From NCBI GenBank assembly GCA_900617105.1, contig UYFQ01000306.1, forward strand, positions 1 through 64,000: a stretch of 64,000 nt of DNA, written 5' to 3'. Positions 36,915 to 50,907 of this stretch are shown in pieces (the stretch's first letter is position 1; each line of letters starts with the position of its first letter). The notes beneath the pieces were generated by a model that made no database searches, was not told the DNA's origin, and saw only the letters and a program-made list of their open reading frames with translations. Position numbers and translations under genes: made by a program. Source of the DNA: Hydrurus foetidus. Lineage: Eukaryota.

Positions 36915-39058
36915 TGGAAGTGCGATCAAGATGCCTATAGCAGGTATTTGATGCCTCTGCTTCTCATCTATCATTCTTCACACAGCACTTCTCTTCTTCA
37001 CTCTCACACTTGGATGGACTATTCAATATACCCAATATGCAAATACATCACACTCTTGGTGTTCAAAAATTAAAAAACAGCAACTCCTCCAGAGAGTGCA
37101 GTATTTAATCACTGACGCACTTCAACATCTCGTACGTCACTAAGGCGGAAGTGGCGCACCTTCGATGCAAGGTACAGGCAGCCACCAACAGGTAAGGAGT
37201 TCTTAAGAACTACTGACACAGAGAGATAGATAGAGAGAGCGAGAGGGAGAGAGAGAGAGTGAGGGAGAAATAGAGTGAGGGAGTGTGACGGAAGGAGGAA
37301 GAGTGAGAGGGACAGAGAGAAAGAGTGAGAAAGGGAAAAAGAAAGACACAAAAAGCAGAAGAAGAAGGAGAAGAAGAAGAAGAAGGAGAGAAAAGGAAAG
37401 AGAAGGAAAAAAGGGAGGAGATAAAAAGAGGAAGGGATGCTGTGTGAGAGATCAAGTAGTGAAGAGAACCATTCAGTCGAACATTATGTATTTCTTCATT
37501 GCATGACGAGCTCTTATCTATTTGAAATTATGACTCAAAATGTCCAGTCATTCTCATCACTATCGGGTCATCCTCCCCTCCATTCTCTGGTATGATAATA
37601 ACATTGTATCCGTGTATCGCTGTAGGGGGCAGTTCAAGGGTCTCAAGAGCAACAACAACAACAACAACAACAACAACAGCAACAACAGCATCAACAGCAG
37701 CAGCTGTACAATAGCCAGCTGAGACAGCAGCAAGAGCAAGCTATGCGATACAGACAGCAATTACAACAGAATATAGGATATCCTACTCCATATCAGCAAC
37801 AAACACAACAACAACAGTACCAACAACAACAGCAACAGCAACAGCAACAATATCAAATAAATCAGACCAATAATGATAGCGATAATCCTACAAATAACAT
37901 CCCCCCAGGGATGAATCTTCCTTACCCCTACGCGTCATACAATCAAAACCAAAATCAGAATCAAAACCAAAATCAAAATCAAAATCAAAATCAAAATCAA
38001 AATCAAAATCAAAGCCAAAATACGAACCAAAATCAGAGTATGAATCAAAATCAAAATCAAAATCAAAATCCACCTACATTGGTGCAGATTGCATTTGGTC
38101 AGAATCACGGTCATCAGGGCGGTATGGGTGTCCCTCAGGGATCTTTACTTTACCAACAGCAGCAACAGCAACAGGCGTATAACTATGCAGTGCAGCAGCA
38201 AGCTCAACAACAGTTACAACAACAAGCACAGTTGCAGCAACAGCAGTACCTTGCACAGCAACAAGCCAATCACCTCTCACAGTATGGCAATGCCAATGCG
38301 AACAATGGGCTACCGTCTCAAACTCAATCTCAGCAGCAGCTCAGACAGAGCCAAGGTCAACTCATAGGACTGATGCAGGGACAGATACAAGGACAAGGAC
38401 AGGCACAAGGGCAAGCGCAGGGACAAGGGCAGAGTGGTTATATACAGCACAGCTCCCATATCCAGTCCCAGTCTATTCCTGTCAGCAAGTAAGTACTCAA
38501 TGCGCCTGTACCGGCTTCATACTGCTATAGCTCACTATAGGTACCTGTGCACACGCCTGTCTTCAATGTATGTACTTGTTTATCCGCTTAAGTTCTATGT
38601 TCAAACCGAGTGTTCTCTTGTATTCTCTTTTCTGACTCTCTACTAATTTCCTCTTGTGCCCTTCCATTAGCCAACCCTCTAGCAGCCACTTCAATGCCCA
38701 ATCAGGGGGGTTGCAGGGGGGTATCGACTCATCTGTTAGTTCCGCTGCAATGTCGAGCCACGTGTCAACTCACGCACCTAGTTCGCGAGATGCATACAAA
38801 GGCTCCTCTGCCTCTACTGACGGACCTGGACCCACGCATTCCACAGTGATTCCGAATATAGCGTTCAATTCTAATGGGACTAGTGGCAGTGCAGGATACA
38901 ATAATTTCGAATCTCCGTCTCAGCCCCCAGGGAATATTTCTATGACTGGAAGTCCCCACGATAGATTCAACAGTGACTCTTTGAAACGGAAATTAAGTAC
39001 AGATGATGTCATCAATGTGGCCAGTGCAGAAGAATTGAGTAGAAATGAAATGAGGTGA
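33960..39058 (+). CDS. Q/N/G-rich low-complexity protein with a putative SSXT (SS18/GIF-like) domain, multi-exon
   Basis: Spliced exons 33960-34437, 34695-34750 and 34876-34929 give DIEKKLSENSSLL...LRRGLHESLGFLAKYVQ. Downstream exons encode polyA, GQ repeats, polyQ and (NQ)n, ending in LKRKLS. Confidence 0.6.
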
Positions 39059-39917
39059 TGATAAACGATGTAAGTATATAGTGTATTTGTGTGGTGGAGG
39101 CGAAGTGAGAGGATGCGACAAGATGAAGGCAAAGGAGAAGAAGAAGAAGCAGGAGGAGAGGAGATGCAATTGCAATACAGCAAGATACAGGATAGGATGG
39201 TGCAATACGAATAACTCTCTGCCTATCACCACATCTTCTTCAACAGCAGTGAGGGACCACCACATCACATCTGCCCTCTTTCCCTGTGATTGCCAAGACA
39301 TGAAAGATCATTTTCAATCTTCAACCTTAGAGCTAGAGGACCTTGGGTTTGATCGATTCCTGTCTTGAGAGAGGGATGGACGCTTGGCCACCCTTCGTCC
39401 TTCTCTTCTCGTGCTGCATGACTGCACTTCACTCCCTACTGCACTACAACCCAATTCCATCTCCTCCCACTTTAAGTCGTGCAATTCGGCGTTACACTTT
39501 ATTCACTGCACCATAGGTATGCTACACTCCCAATTTTGATCCGCCCCTTTGACATCTGTCTTCCCCAGCACTTACCAGCAGCCCTCCTCTCTTCTCTTCT
39601 CATAAGGAGTGTAAAAGCTTCTAGATATTGGTTAACGACGTATCTTACCCTACAGAAGGCGGTGATATTCCACTTAAATAGATTTTACACGGCTAATGAC
39701 AACATCTACGTTGTTTACATAGTTACATTGTATCATATAAAAAGCATATCATATAAGTCTACCTGCCGGTTGCAAGCGCTGCAAAGAGAAAAGGGAAAAC
39801 ATTTGTATCAAAACTGCCATACATGGCGAATGCCAATCGTCAGATTTGAGAGAAAACTAACAGAAAAAGGTGGTACTGTAGTAGCTATTTACAGATCGAT
39901 CGACTGCCTTACTGGCC

Positions 39918-42781
39918 TTATTTGTTGTACGGAGATATTTCCATTATGTGCGTCAGAGCGGATTCGAATGAAGAATCTGAATCGTAAGACTTGGACGTAA
40001 CAGACGGGGACCCGGCTGATCCTACGGAATGTGGATCATCCACAGAATCTTCTGTGATATCCGTGTAACCGCGCAGACGGGCTCCCATACCCAAAGGGAT
40101 TATGCTTTCGGGAATGCATCTTAGGAGTACTTCCGAAGAAAGTTCCAAGGGGTTCCTAGCGATGGGAGTGGCGGGTGGAGTGGTGGCGGACCCTATCCCA
40201 AAGGGGCTTTTGGACTTGCCCCCCAGAATGCGTTTGAGCAGTTGGTAGCCGAGCAGGCCCATCAAGGCAGCTAGAGCGAAGGAGGCAACTATGAGCAGAG
40301 CTGCCACATCCACGGCACTGTCATTCTGACTATCAAGTGAAAGAGTCAAGAACATTAGGGATAAGGGAGAGAGAGAGGGGAGGCTTGAGATGATACGGCA
40401 TAATTTGAATCTGGACCGATACAATGCAAGCACTACAGAACTTTGCAGTGCACTACGCTACACCATACTGCACTGCATCATCTCACTGCACTACACAACA
40501 TAGCACTTCACTGCATTTTATACAACTATGCTGCACCCATCCACCTGCCATCGTCCAGGTAGTGGCAGCCCCCTGCAGACAGGAGGGCCCATCCGCTGCG
40601 ACTGTCATCGTCGCTGCTGTCATTACGGGACACTGCTGAGGAGTTAGAGACACCTGCTCCTCCTCCTCCTCTGCTTCCACCACCCGTGCTGTTCGATGTA
40701 CTGTTGCTGTTGTGGTGGGGCAGAGGTTGTCTGTGTCGCCTGGGATCTCCTTTTATATTGCCCCTTCCCTTGCCACTAGTACCGCTATCTCCCCCACCGC
40801 TGAGCAATCTCTCCACACTATTCAACTGCACATCAACATATGAGACAGCTGCATTACTGGTCACCTCTGACGTGGTATCTGACACACCGAAGCCTTGATA
40901 CCTGCTGTCGGAGTTGCTCGTAGGTAGGGGCAGCAGCCACAAGTCGTTGGACTGGGCATGGGAGGCCACTGGACCCAAGATTCCACCGTTATCGTTATCA
41001 GCCCCTCCGCCACCACTGCCTGAGAAGGAGTCGTCGTCGATTGCTGTTTGGTCGGACCCAGGAACTACATTTTGTCCCGCTGTGTTGTGCCGCAGATTTC
41101 CTTGCACCCCCTGCAGCTCCCACGGAGTGTCGCTCCTCTCCCCTCCGAAGCACACTAGGAATGGACGGTCAGCCCCATCTTCGCCATGCCATACTGACAG
41201 TCCATGCTGATACCTCGCAGCAGGCAGATCGCCCGCCACACCCACCCACCACTTGTTATTGTCCACTCCTCCCTTCTCGTAGAACCCAGTCCACTCTGTT
41301 TCTAGAAATCCTTGTGGCGTGATAACCACAGGCAGAGATGGGTCAGTGTCAGCGTCGGTGTTCCTCTCAGGCACCTCGTCACTGGTGTAGTCGTCATCGT
41401 AGGAGCGGTCTCCATACTGCGACCACTTCCTCGTTATCAAGTCGTATCCCCAGAGGTCCATATCGACTACATCTATGGAACTCGAGTCATCAGCATCTCC
41501 AGTGGGAGAGGTAGGATCTGCCAGTCTCCCTCCAGAGACGAATACAGTGCTCAGCTCAGCTACGAACACCATGGCGTGTTTGTCACGGCCCTCCGGCCAG
41601 TTGACAGCATGGGAAGGGTCCTTTTGAATCATCGTCCACGTATCCCACAAGGGGTCGTACAGCCAGATACTGTCAGAGAGCAAGTAGTTCGTATCAGTTC
41701 CTCTAGCTGACTCCCCTGCACTGAAACTGCTTGCCCTGTACCGGCCTCCAAATGCAAACAGTTTCTCCCTCCCGTCTGTCGGATCCAAGATACCCACTGC
41801 TTCTGCACCATATAAACACGACCCAGGAAAGTCTGACCCTCTCCTCCACTCTTCTAGATGTAAATGAGCTCTAGTAAATGATTCTTTAGGACGTTTATAA
41901 TTGTTAGGAGCGACTTTCTTGATCGCTGCTGTGGCGTTGAAGATATAGGTGTCTGATAGACATTGAATATACGGCCCTCTCCACCTTCCTCGTCCCCTCC
42001 CTCTACCTTCCTCCTCTACATGGACTGATTCTATGCTGGGGCTCGATATCTTGCCCACACCAATAGGAGGTCTTTGTCCCCCCCACAAAATGACCAGTCC
42101 ACTGATAGGCATCAAGAGTAAACTAGCCCCTTTCCTTCGACCTGGCCCAATACCCTGGTAAGGGCCATTAAAAGCCTGCAATTCCAACCATTTGTTCTCA
42201 TAGAAGACCCACGTATCGTCGTAGTGAACGTTACTTGTTGCATCTTCTCCTCCATAGAGAAGAAACCAACCTTCTTCAGAAGTAGTGTAGCCGAAGTTCC
42301 ACCGTCTCCCAGGCCACTGTGTTTTGACTGCAGGAGATGAAGTTGACGTACCACCTGTAATTGAATTATCCTCAGAGACTCTCTTCCATAGATGAGAGTA
42401 TTCTTGCTGTTGTACATTATTTGAGGTCTTGCTAACTTTCTTAGCGATGGAGAGTATCCACAGATCTTGCAAAAATGTTGATCCGGGGCTAGGCTGTTCA
42501 TAGTTGATTCCATCACCACCAAAAATCAAAATACCGAACTTTCTCAATCCACTTTCCTCATCAATGTGCAATGCATTCTGCGGAGAAGAAAGTATGAGGA
42601 AAATCGTTAAAGTATGAATCTAGCTTCCAAAGCAATTGTTACCACTTACCATTTGCCCGTGACCACGTCTACAGAAAGGCATTTTCAAAGTGTGAACAAT
42701 CTCTGTACCAGTCAACGGAGACTGAAGGTAACCAGCACATCTTCCCATCAGAAGATATGTCAGGATATGTACCAGCATCAT
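39918..42781 (-). CDS. Kelch-repeat type I membrane protein (signal peptide, beta-propeller, one TM helix); exons ~42781-42650, 42579-40555, 40330-39918
   Basis: Repeated P.R..H/[FY]GG...D.W motifs (IFGGDG..QDLW, LYGGED..DDTW, LWGGQ, AFGGR..IWLYDP..DTW, VSGGR..DLWGYD, CFGGE..NDLW). C-terminal hydrophobic helix AALLIVASFALAALMGLLGYQLL. Confidence 0.85.
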
Positions 42782-43743
42782 GGTTGAATAATTTAATTCT
42801 TTCTGATGACCATGAATGGAGCCTATGATCTATCAATGTTTCCGAAAATCAGTGCGGTCTAATTCTGCCAGATTGAGTTGCGTAAACGGCGAGTGAAAGT
42901 ATGATCCCACAGTTGCGATGTTGTTATCAGCTCCTGACATTCCCTAAAAGTTGACCCTCCCTGTTACATGCGTGCATCAGTAAATTCAACAAGAAAGCCA
43001 ATTACCACCATCAGACATATGAAGACAAACTTCGCTTCACTTGAGTAGACTAATTGGAGATGCAGTTTGGTGGAGGACAGTGCATTATTTTGTTATTTTG
43101 CCTCGAATGTGGGAAATGGAATGGACAATGGAGACTACTGAATGACGCACTAAATACTTTAGGGTGACGCGAGGGCTGCTACAGATGTTGATGATCTTTC
43201 TTATCACGATATAGTACAATCACAGCAGGGATATAGCCTTGCACTTTTGCGTATTCAGTCTAGAATAGATGTCCGTGGGAAGTGCAGTACTTAAGTCATT
43301 CTTCAGAGCTGCCATTATACTATGCAGATGTAAATTCAAAGTTGACAAGAATGCTAAGTGTGCTGAAAGGGCTTTCATCAACCTGTTAAGAAGAGGAGCC
43401 GTGCGGTAGTCGCTATTCAATCTTCTGGATGTATGTAGAGTACAGCTTGGTTCTCAATCTCGGCTGACAAAACATGCGTGGTCAATTTCATAGATGTGTC
43501 TACTCAAGGAATGTTTAGAACTCTCAGTTATGATTTATTGTGATTCACATTGTGCACCGTGTGCTCTCTCAGCTATTCTCTGCCTGCGTAATGTGTTGCG
43601 CACAGGATAACTTCATTGAGTAATCCCAACATACACATCTCTACGATACCCCAAATCAAATCTCGAGAATTTTCGATGTCTCTCCATCAGTCAAAGTAGC
43701 AGATTTACTTATCAGATACCGCAAGGCGATAAACTCTTCAAAC

Positions 43744-45189
43744 TCATGGCTGAATATTGTGCTCTGTAGCAGCTATCAGTTTATCAACAATGGCAGAAAA
43801 TGGAGCAGCGGCTGGGGAATCGGGAAACTTCTCCAAAAAAGAAAATCCGTTCTCGCATGCGTACATCATGTTCGGATCCATAGGAACTTTTCCAAAATAA
43901 GGAACTGAAAAGAGCTCAGCCATTTTAGCGGGAGTGTTGCCAGTGCTCTTTTCTTGGCTGTCCGTACTTACTGCACGCTCTGGTGTGAAGAGAGGTGCTT
44001 GGAGGAAAAGGTCCAGTAGTTCAGGACACGTGTTCTTTATTCTGCAAGAACAAAAATAAAGTGTTAGGAAACATCTCAATGAAAATTATAAGAGACTTTC
44101 GTTTCTAGCAGAATGGAGTGTTAGACAGATCATTATTGTAAGGAATAAGAGACATTAGTTCTCAACAAATAGAGTGCTTTTCTCACTTTTCTATCGCGTC
44201 ACCAGTGACATCATCACCAGCAGAATTCAGCAGTCTGTATCCACTGGCAGGATCGGATGTAAGAGATCTCAAGGGCACTCTGTAAACACGATGATACAGA
44301 AGAAAGTGAGAAGGTGGGTTATGATAAACACTCTCTCAATTTAAGAGCTCCATTTAATGACGTTACTAACCTTACGTCAGCCATGTTCTCAACGATACCG
44401 AGAACAGGCAATCCAGTCTTTTTACAAAAATTTAATTCTTTACGAACATCAGCCATTGACACCTCTTGCGGAGTCGTTACCACGATGGCGCCATCGACAT
44501 TAGTGCTTTTCAGGTACTGGACAATTGATATGTGCTCATCACTTGTTCCGGGAGGTGTATCAATTATCAAATAATCCAATTCGTTCCATACTACATCGGT
44601 TAAGAACTGCTTTATAAGCCCATTCTTTCGTGGTCCTCTCCAAATAACGGCATCATCAGCAGAAGGGAGCATGAAGCCTATTGACATGACTCCCAGGTTG
44701 TCGTCGACATAAACGGGCGACCATCCTTCGGCAGACTGGTGCACCTATATAAATTGAAACAGTTGTTAGAGCCATTTGAGCACACAGTTGCTGCGTGTGC
44801 CAAGCTTCACATTGGTAGAATAGAGGAAAAAGTCTCACCTCATGACCCAGCAGACCCAACATTCGGGGAATCGATGGACCACATATATCGACATCCAGTA
44901 AACCAACCTGTTTTCCACGTTTTGCAAGAGCAAATGCAAGCTGTGCCGAAAAAGTGCTTTTGCCCACACCTCCCTTGCCACTTAGTACGAGAACCTTATG
45001 CTTAATGAGGGACATCCTTTCCGCGACAAACTCCAACGCGGGATCGGCTGCTTTTGCCTCGCCTGATATGCAAGCCTTTTGATTAGGACATCCAGCACAC
45101 GAGCTGGATTTTCCAGCATCAGCTGACTGCGGGCCGACGCATTCGCTGTTAGCATTTTCGGGAGGGACTGCGCCGTCGGTTGATGACAT
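43744..45189 (-). CDS. NBP35: cytosolic Fe-S cluster assembly factor NBP35 (NUBP1), plant-type C-terminus
   Basis: N-terminal [25 protein letters not shown], deviant Walker [58 protein letters not shown]. Confidence 0.97.
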
Positions 45190-46327
45190 CTTCCTGAATA
45201 ACTTTGATCGTGACTTCAATGTTTCACAAGCGTCTACCGCATCGATCATTCCGCCTGAACGAAGTGTTCGAGAAACCGGATAGAATATGTTCCAAAGGCA
45301 ACCCACTCTCATCAACTCTTTACTTTATCATCACTTTTCATTTTCATTTTCATTGAAAATCTCCACAGGTCTTGACTGCTGCATAATAAGTGCAAAAACA
45401 ACGTGTGCGTCTGGTTCTGATAGATTGATCGATAATCAAACTCAAACATCATCAGCTAAATACTGTGGATGGGAATGGTTAAATTGGAGAGTTATTTTCT
45501 TCGGTAATATCTGTCAAGATTGATTCCTTTTCTTGAGGCTTGTGAGTTACCTATTACCTATGTAGGTACTTAGAATTGATGTTGTGGAGAATGGAGGGTG
45601 AGAATTGTGGGGGACGAGTTTGAAGTTTTATGCACTTCACATCACGACTAGAGGAAACAGCGCCTTATCGGAGCAGCTATATAGGCCACTATGTATAGTT
45701 GGCGTCATTCCACCGCTGCCACATCATCAACTTTTGCTGTCGGAAGTCATGATAGATCTCCTTGACATCATCCTTTTGCGGTTTCAGCATACCAATCGCA
45801 TGAAAGTTCAGAGAAGGTGAACCATGTTTGTCCGTCCGCTTCAGTCATCAAAATCTCGAGATTATTTATGTGGGTTCGGTAAAGAACAGTAAAAAGACCT
45901 GGTGTAAATCTTAGATCGCGCACGAATTCTGCTAGGAGGATAAGTTCATCGGGCAACGATGAGGAACATCACTTCATTGATACGTATCTTGAGAACACTT
46001 CCATACTATTGGCGTTTTCGTCTGCAGACCAAGCGACCAGTAATACTTGAGGCGACATTTGGAGGTACGTGTTGCTATTTTTCATAACCTTCTCCCGCAC
46101 GCATGAATATTCGCTACCGTAATTGGCTTCGAAATTATTATGGTCGCATTGGCGCATCTTCAAACTCATTTCTTGCGATTTCTATTATTCTAGTTCATCT
46201 TTGCATGACCCTCTCACATCGCCACCTCTGATGCAACGTGCTCTGATGGAGTAAGGAAATAAGTTTGGCAATACTGTTTAATACACTCTTTTTCAATGTG
46301 ATAAAAATGGAATGTTGAATATAAAGT

Positions 46328-48113
46328 TTATTTGTTTTGTCTTTTGGGCGCGAGCATTGTGGTGTACGGATCATAGTCTTGACCCTCCTTAGCGATCCTG
46401 GTGTAGTGCTGTTAAAGCATTGAGGAGATATGAAGTGATGTGAAGTGATGTGACGTGAAATGAGAAGGTTATCGGAATGAATGTGATGTGTTAACTGTGA
46501 CAAGTTCTACAGTTCCATTGTCTTTAGTACAGGTACTGTGAAGTACAATGCAGTGCATAATAATACATACAGTGGATTACATCACGTATTACATTATATC
46601 GTTGTTTAATACAATGTGATGGTGTTCGCAAGGCACATTGGATGTGACAGTGGATAGCTTCCTCGGTGTTGGACAGATGATGTGATCGGATGTCACAGCA
46701 GATGAAGTTGCTGGTATCTTAGTGCAGGTGTGATGCAACACAAACACCATATGTAGAAAAGAGAATTCAATTGATCGCGCCCAATCAAAGTCACGACACC
46801 ACGCCATACTTCAACTTGAATCTGGTGACCCTCACCTGCTTCAAAGTGACTTGGCCGAATTTCTCGACCGGGTTAGTCGTCAACATGTCTTCAACGGCAT
46901 AATACTTCCCTGTTAAATTGAGAACGAAGAATAACAGTCATGACGGGTCAGGATGCATAGGATGGGAAATGAAGAAAATAGTCAGATTGCTAAAATTATC
47001 AGCAAAAAGGATCAGTAGAGCAGGTCTATTGTGGAATAGTTGGGGGGACTATTAATGCCTGGGGTAGGAGTGTTGTGAATCGCATGAGAAATACAGGGTC
47101 AGAAATGACACGTCGTTTAGGAAGAGGCAGCGTTGACAACTTCAGTATACAAGAGCGCGCAATGATGATGTTGAGGAGTGTCGCACTTCATCATGCAGTG
47201 ATAACACTTTGATCACCAGACACGCGGTGTTTGATTTCAATCGGGATGAGAGATTCACGCACACTCAGGCCCCAAACACAACTATGCTCTGTCATGCCAT
47301 GTAGTCTTACACGCACACACACGCACGCACACAATCAACACGCACTAAAATACGTAAAACAAACGTAGGTACGTACCTATTCTGGCTAATTCCGCTGCAT
47401 CTTCTGCACCATCAAACCACTTTCCGAAGAAACTGAGACCCCCTATAATAGCATCGAAGAGAGAAATGGGAGCCGCCCAGAAGGCGGGTTTCTTGTCCAA
47501 TATCTCGAATATGAGGTCCCCTTGTTGTTTCATGCTCATGCCCTCGTCAGGACCGCCTATGTCCTGCAGATGATGTGTCGGTCAGTTGATAGGCCAGTGT
47601 GTCAATCAATCAGTTAGTCGACATGTTAGCCAACGTGTCAACCAATTGATATGCTAGTCGGTGAGTGAATGATTAGACGGTTAGTCAGACACACCATGAT
47701 TTTGTTCCACTTGTCCGGCTCCTCAATGCAATTTATCATGTACGTGGCAAGATCGGATCTGAGAGAAACAGAAAAGGGGAGGTGAGGAGGAGAGTAGAAG
47801 TAGCGGAGAAGAGAAGAGAGATAATGAAAGGGAGAGGAGGAGAAGAGGTAGGGGAGAGTAATGAGAAAAAGCACTGGAGTGTCAGTCAGAAATGTTTACA
47901 CAAAATAGCTTGAGAGATGGCCATAGGATTGAAGACTGCACAGGGAACAACGATGAAGGAGCAGCATGACAGCAGATGCGTGTGGGTGTTCCTACTCAGC
48001 GATTGGGTTGCACTTGCACATCGTTCCGTCTCCGAACATGACGAAGGGCCAGCCCTGTTGAAGTAGCTCAAGCTGACCTTCGCGTTAAAATTGATGAGAA
48101 GAAGGGAGAAAAA

Positions 48114-48167
<54 letters not shown>

Positions 48168-50175
48168 ACGTTGACAATCGAAAGACGAGAGACAGTGAGT
48201 GAAGTTGTGGTAGAGAAGATGGCTCATTATATGACACAGGATCAATTTTAGTGAGGGACAGTGCGGTTTTATATCGCCACATGTAAAACAATGCGACGGA
48301 ACAAAATACGAATACAGCCCATAATAATTCAGTCCGTAACAGATTCGTAGGTACGTCAATACGTGAGAGGCGTTTACTCGCACTCGTCTCCGCCAAATCA
48401 TTCTCCACTCTCTCTCCCACACACACACACTCTCTTTTCCTCTTACCTGAGACTGACTTGAAGAAAGCTGTTGGTCTGACGATGCTGTACTTGATGTCTC
48501 CCCCTTCACTCGCCTTCACTAACTCTCCCTCAAACTCTAACTTCGCATTCTGGAACTGAATATAATATTTAAATTCGGTAAGATTTAGCCGGGTTAAGCC
48601 GTAAATTACGGTGACTTCTCACAGAGAACAGTTGTTACATGTAACGACCATCGAAAATAAGAACAAGAATGTAGTTGATATGAATAAAATAAAATAAAAT
48701 GAGAAAGGATATAGAGACAAAGATGGTACGATATGATTTGCGGTGCAGTAAAGTGGACCCGACCCCAGGGTCCACTTCAACTTTTTCCAGTGCCGCTGAT
48801 GTCTCATTTGTCACATGTACACTCCGATCAGCGATGTAGTGTTCCCAAGTACATCCACTAAGATTACGATTGACCGTACATGCAGTTGTACGTGCTCACC
48901 TGTAGTAGGGGTTTCTTCACACAGAAAGCGGATAGAAGAACAAAATGGCCAACATTCGCCTTCTTGGCGGCATTTAATGTGTTCAGTGTAGCCTAGAAAA
49001 GAAGTATGAGTCAAACAGAGCGTCTAAATCAGATGTATCGAATTTCTAGACAGCTTGGATCGTAGTGATGTATTGTAGCGCAGGTATGAGGTTAGGTGAG
49101 ACTGCACTGAGGGCAGAACAATTGTTGTAATATCTTCTCCGCTAAGGTGGCACGGCTATTTTTCAATTCCAGTCGATATCGTCATTTTGCATGTGTCATG
49201 GTTGGAACCAATTGCAATGATGTCGAAGATTCCAGTTCTATTGAATTGTTCTTATGGGGAATCGCAGTCAGATCATGGGTTCTACCTGATAATCGATCTT
49301 ATAAGAATCCGATTTCGTGCCAGATCGCGATGCCAAGCAGCTGATCACAACGTCGGTCTGAAAAGTATTGGTAAAGGTAGAAAACGTAATGAAGATTAGA
49401 GGTGTGACAATTGCATTACTTGTGCAGGCTGGATCAAGAAGAGAAGAGACGTCTTACGAGTCCTGTACCTTTTTGTTCAAGAAGGCCGCATTTAGAATTG
49501 AAGATTCGTCAGACACATCGCCCACAACGACGGTGGCATCTGAATCAGTGAACTCGTTCAATTAGATGGATTTTAGGGTACATGTCGTCGGACTGTGAAG
49601 CTCTCATGAAGGTGTTGAAAAATGGTGAAAATGTCCATTACTGTCGCAGCCAAGCTCGACAGGGTTAGTGGTTTTTGCAGAGAGCACTCATGATACATAG
49701 ATAAAGTGAGGCGCCGTCATATTGCAGCAATTCACGATTGCATCTAGGGTGATTGCACGTAGTCGGATGCATAACATGCTGCTCACAACTACGCTTACCT
49801 TTAAAAAAGTCATCCTTCGGTGCTGAGCCCTCTCTGACTACAGCTATGGTATCATATCCTGATGAAATAAATTGCCAAATGGTCTACTGGTCAGTCTCCG
49901 TTAACTGCCCACAAGCTATTCACAGAACTGAGAGTCATCATTTTGCTTACGCCATGCAAACCTCGTCTAATGGATTCCTTCACAACAAATTTTCCAATGT
50001 AACCAGTGGCACCGACGATGACAACTCTTTTCTTCTCAACAGCAGTCGATGCCATCATTCGCAAGTTCAGGCCTCTGCCCCCAAGACTCCTCGCGGTCTG
50101 AAATGCCGCGACATATTGACTCAGACATATGAAGCAGATCGCTGCTTGCCTCACAAAGGATGAATCAAAGAGCAT
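46328..50175 (-). CDS. DVR: divinyl chlorophyllide 8-vinyl reductase (NADPH-dependent, BciA/PCB2 type), plastid-targeted, multi-exon
   Basis: Signal ...[69 protein letters not shown]; last exon [17 protein letters not shown]. Confidence 0.9.
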
Positions 50176-50907
50176 TTTGAGTATCTTTGTTGCAGCTGTT
50201 TCTCAGAGATATTTTGGTGAGAGACTCTACTGAACAGATGTTTAGATTGTTCTTCTAACAACGATCTCTAGTGGTCTACTTGATGTTGGTCGTTGTGCAC
50301 CATTTTGCAAGATACACGTCGCAAGATCTTGGATCTGGGTGACAACCGACATTCTGGATTCATTCCGTCTTCGTTCGCGTGGTTACCTGCTAACTCTTAC
50401 ATCAGAGGTCATGCAATTACTAAGTGTTTTCCCAATAATACTTCGCTGTTCTTAGTTTGACATGAACTCCTTCAGCTGAAACGTTGGCTACGGGCGTACC
50501 CCACATTGCAGAAGAACGATTTTGCTGTTTCTGTATGTCATGGGGTGCGGACACCATAGGGAAGGATAACTTCGTAAGAAGAACTAATTCCAAAACAGTC
50601 CTCTGTCCTCCATGATAAGTTTGCTTCAATTTAGACGGAGAAATTATTTGCGAAAATAGTGTCTATTGGCAAACGTGAGTGACTGAGTTACATCCTCTTG
50701 TCTAGTCACGTAATGTACAAATAGGAAACAGCTCCAAGGAACGGACAGGCGATTGTATGTACAGTACGATATAATTTGTGCTTGAATTGAAATGAGTGGA
50801 AGTACAGAGGTGCGATGGAGTCAGGAATAAGCGGGACACCATGTAAGTCATCTCTACTGTGAGAAGTCATCATCTCTGCTGCGGAGTCTGAGTGGTCGTC
50901 ATTCATT

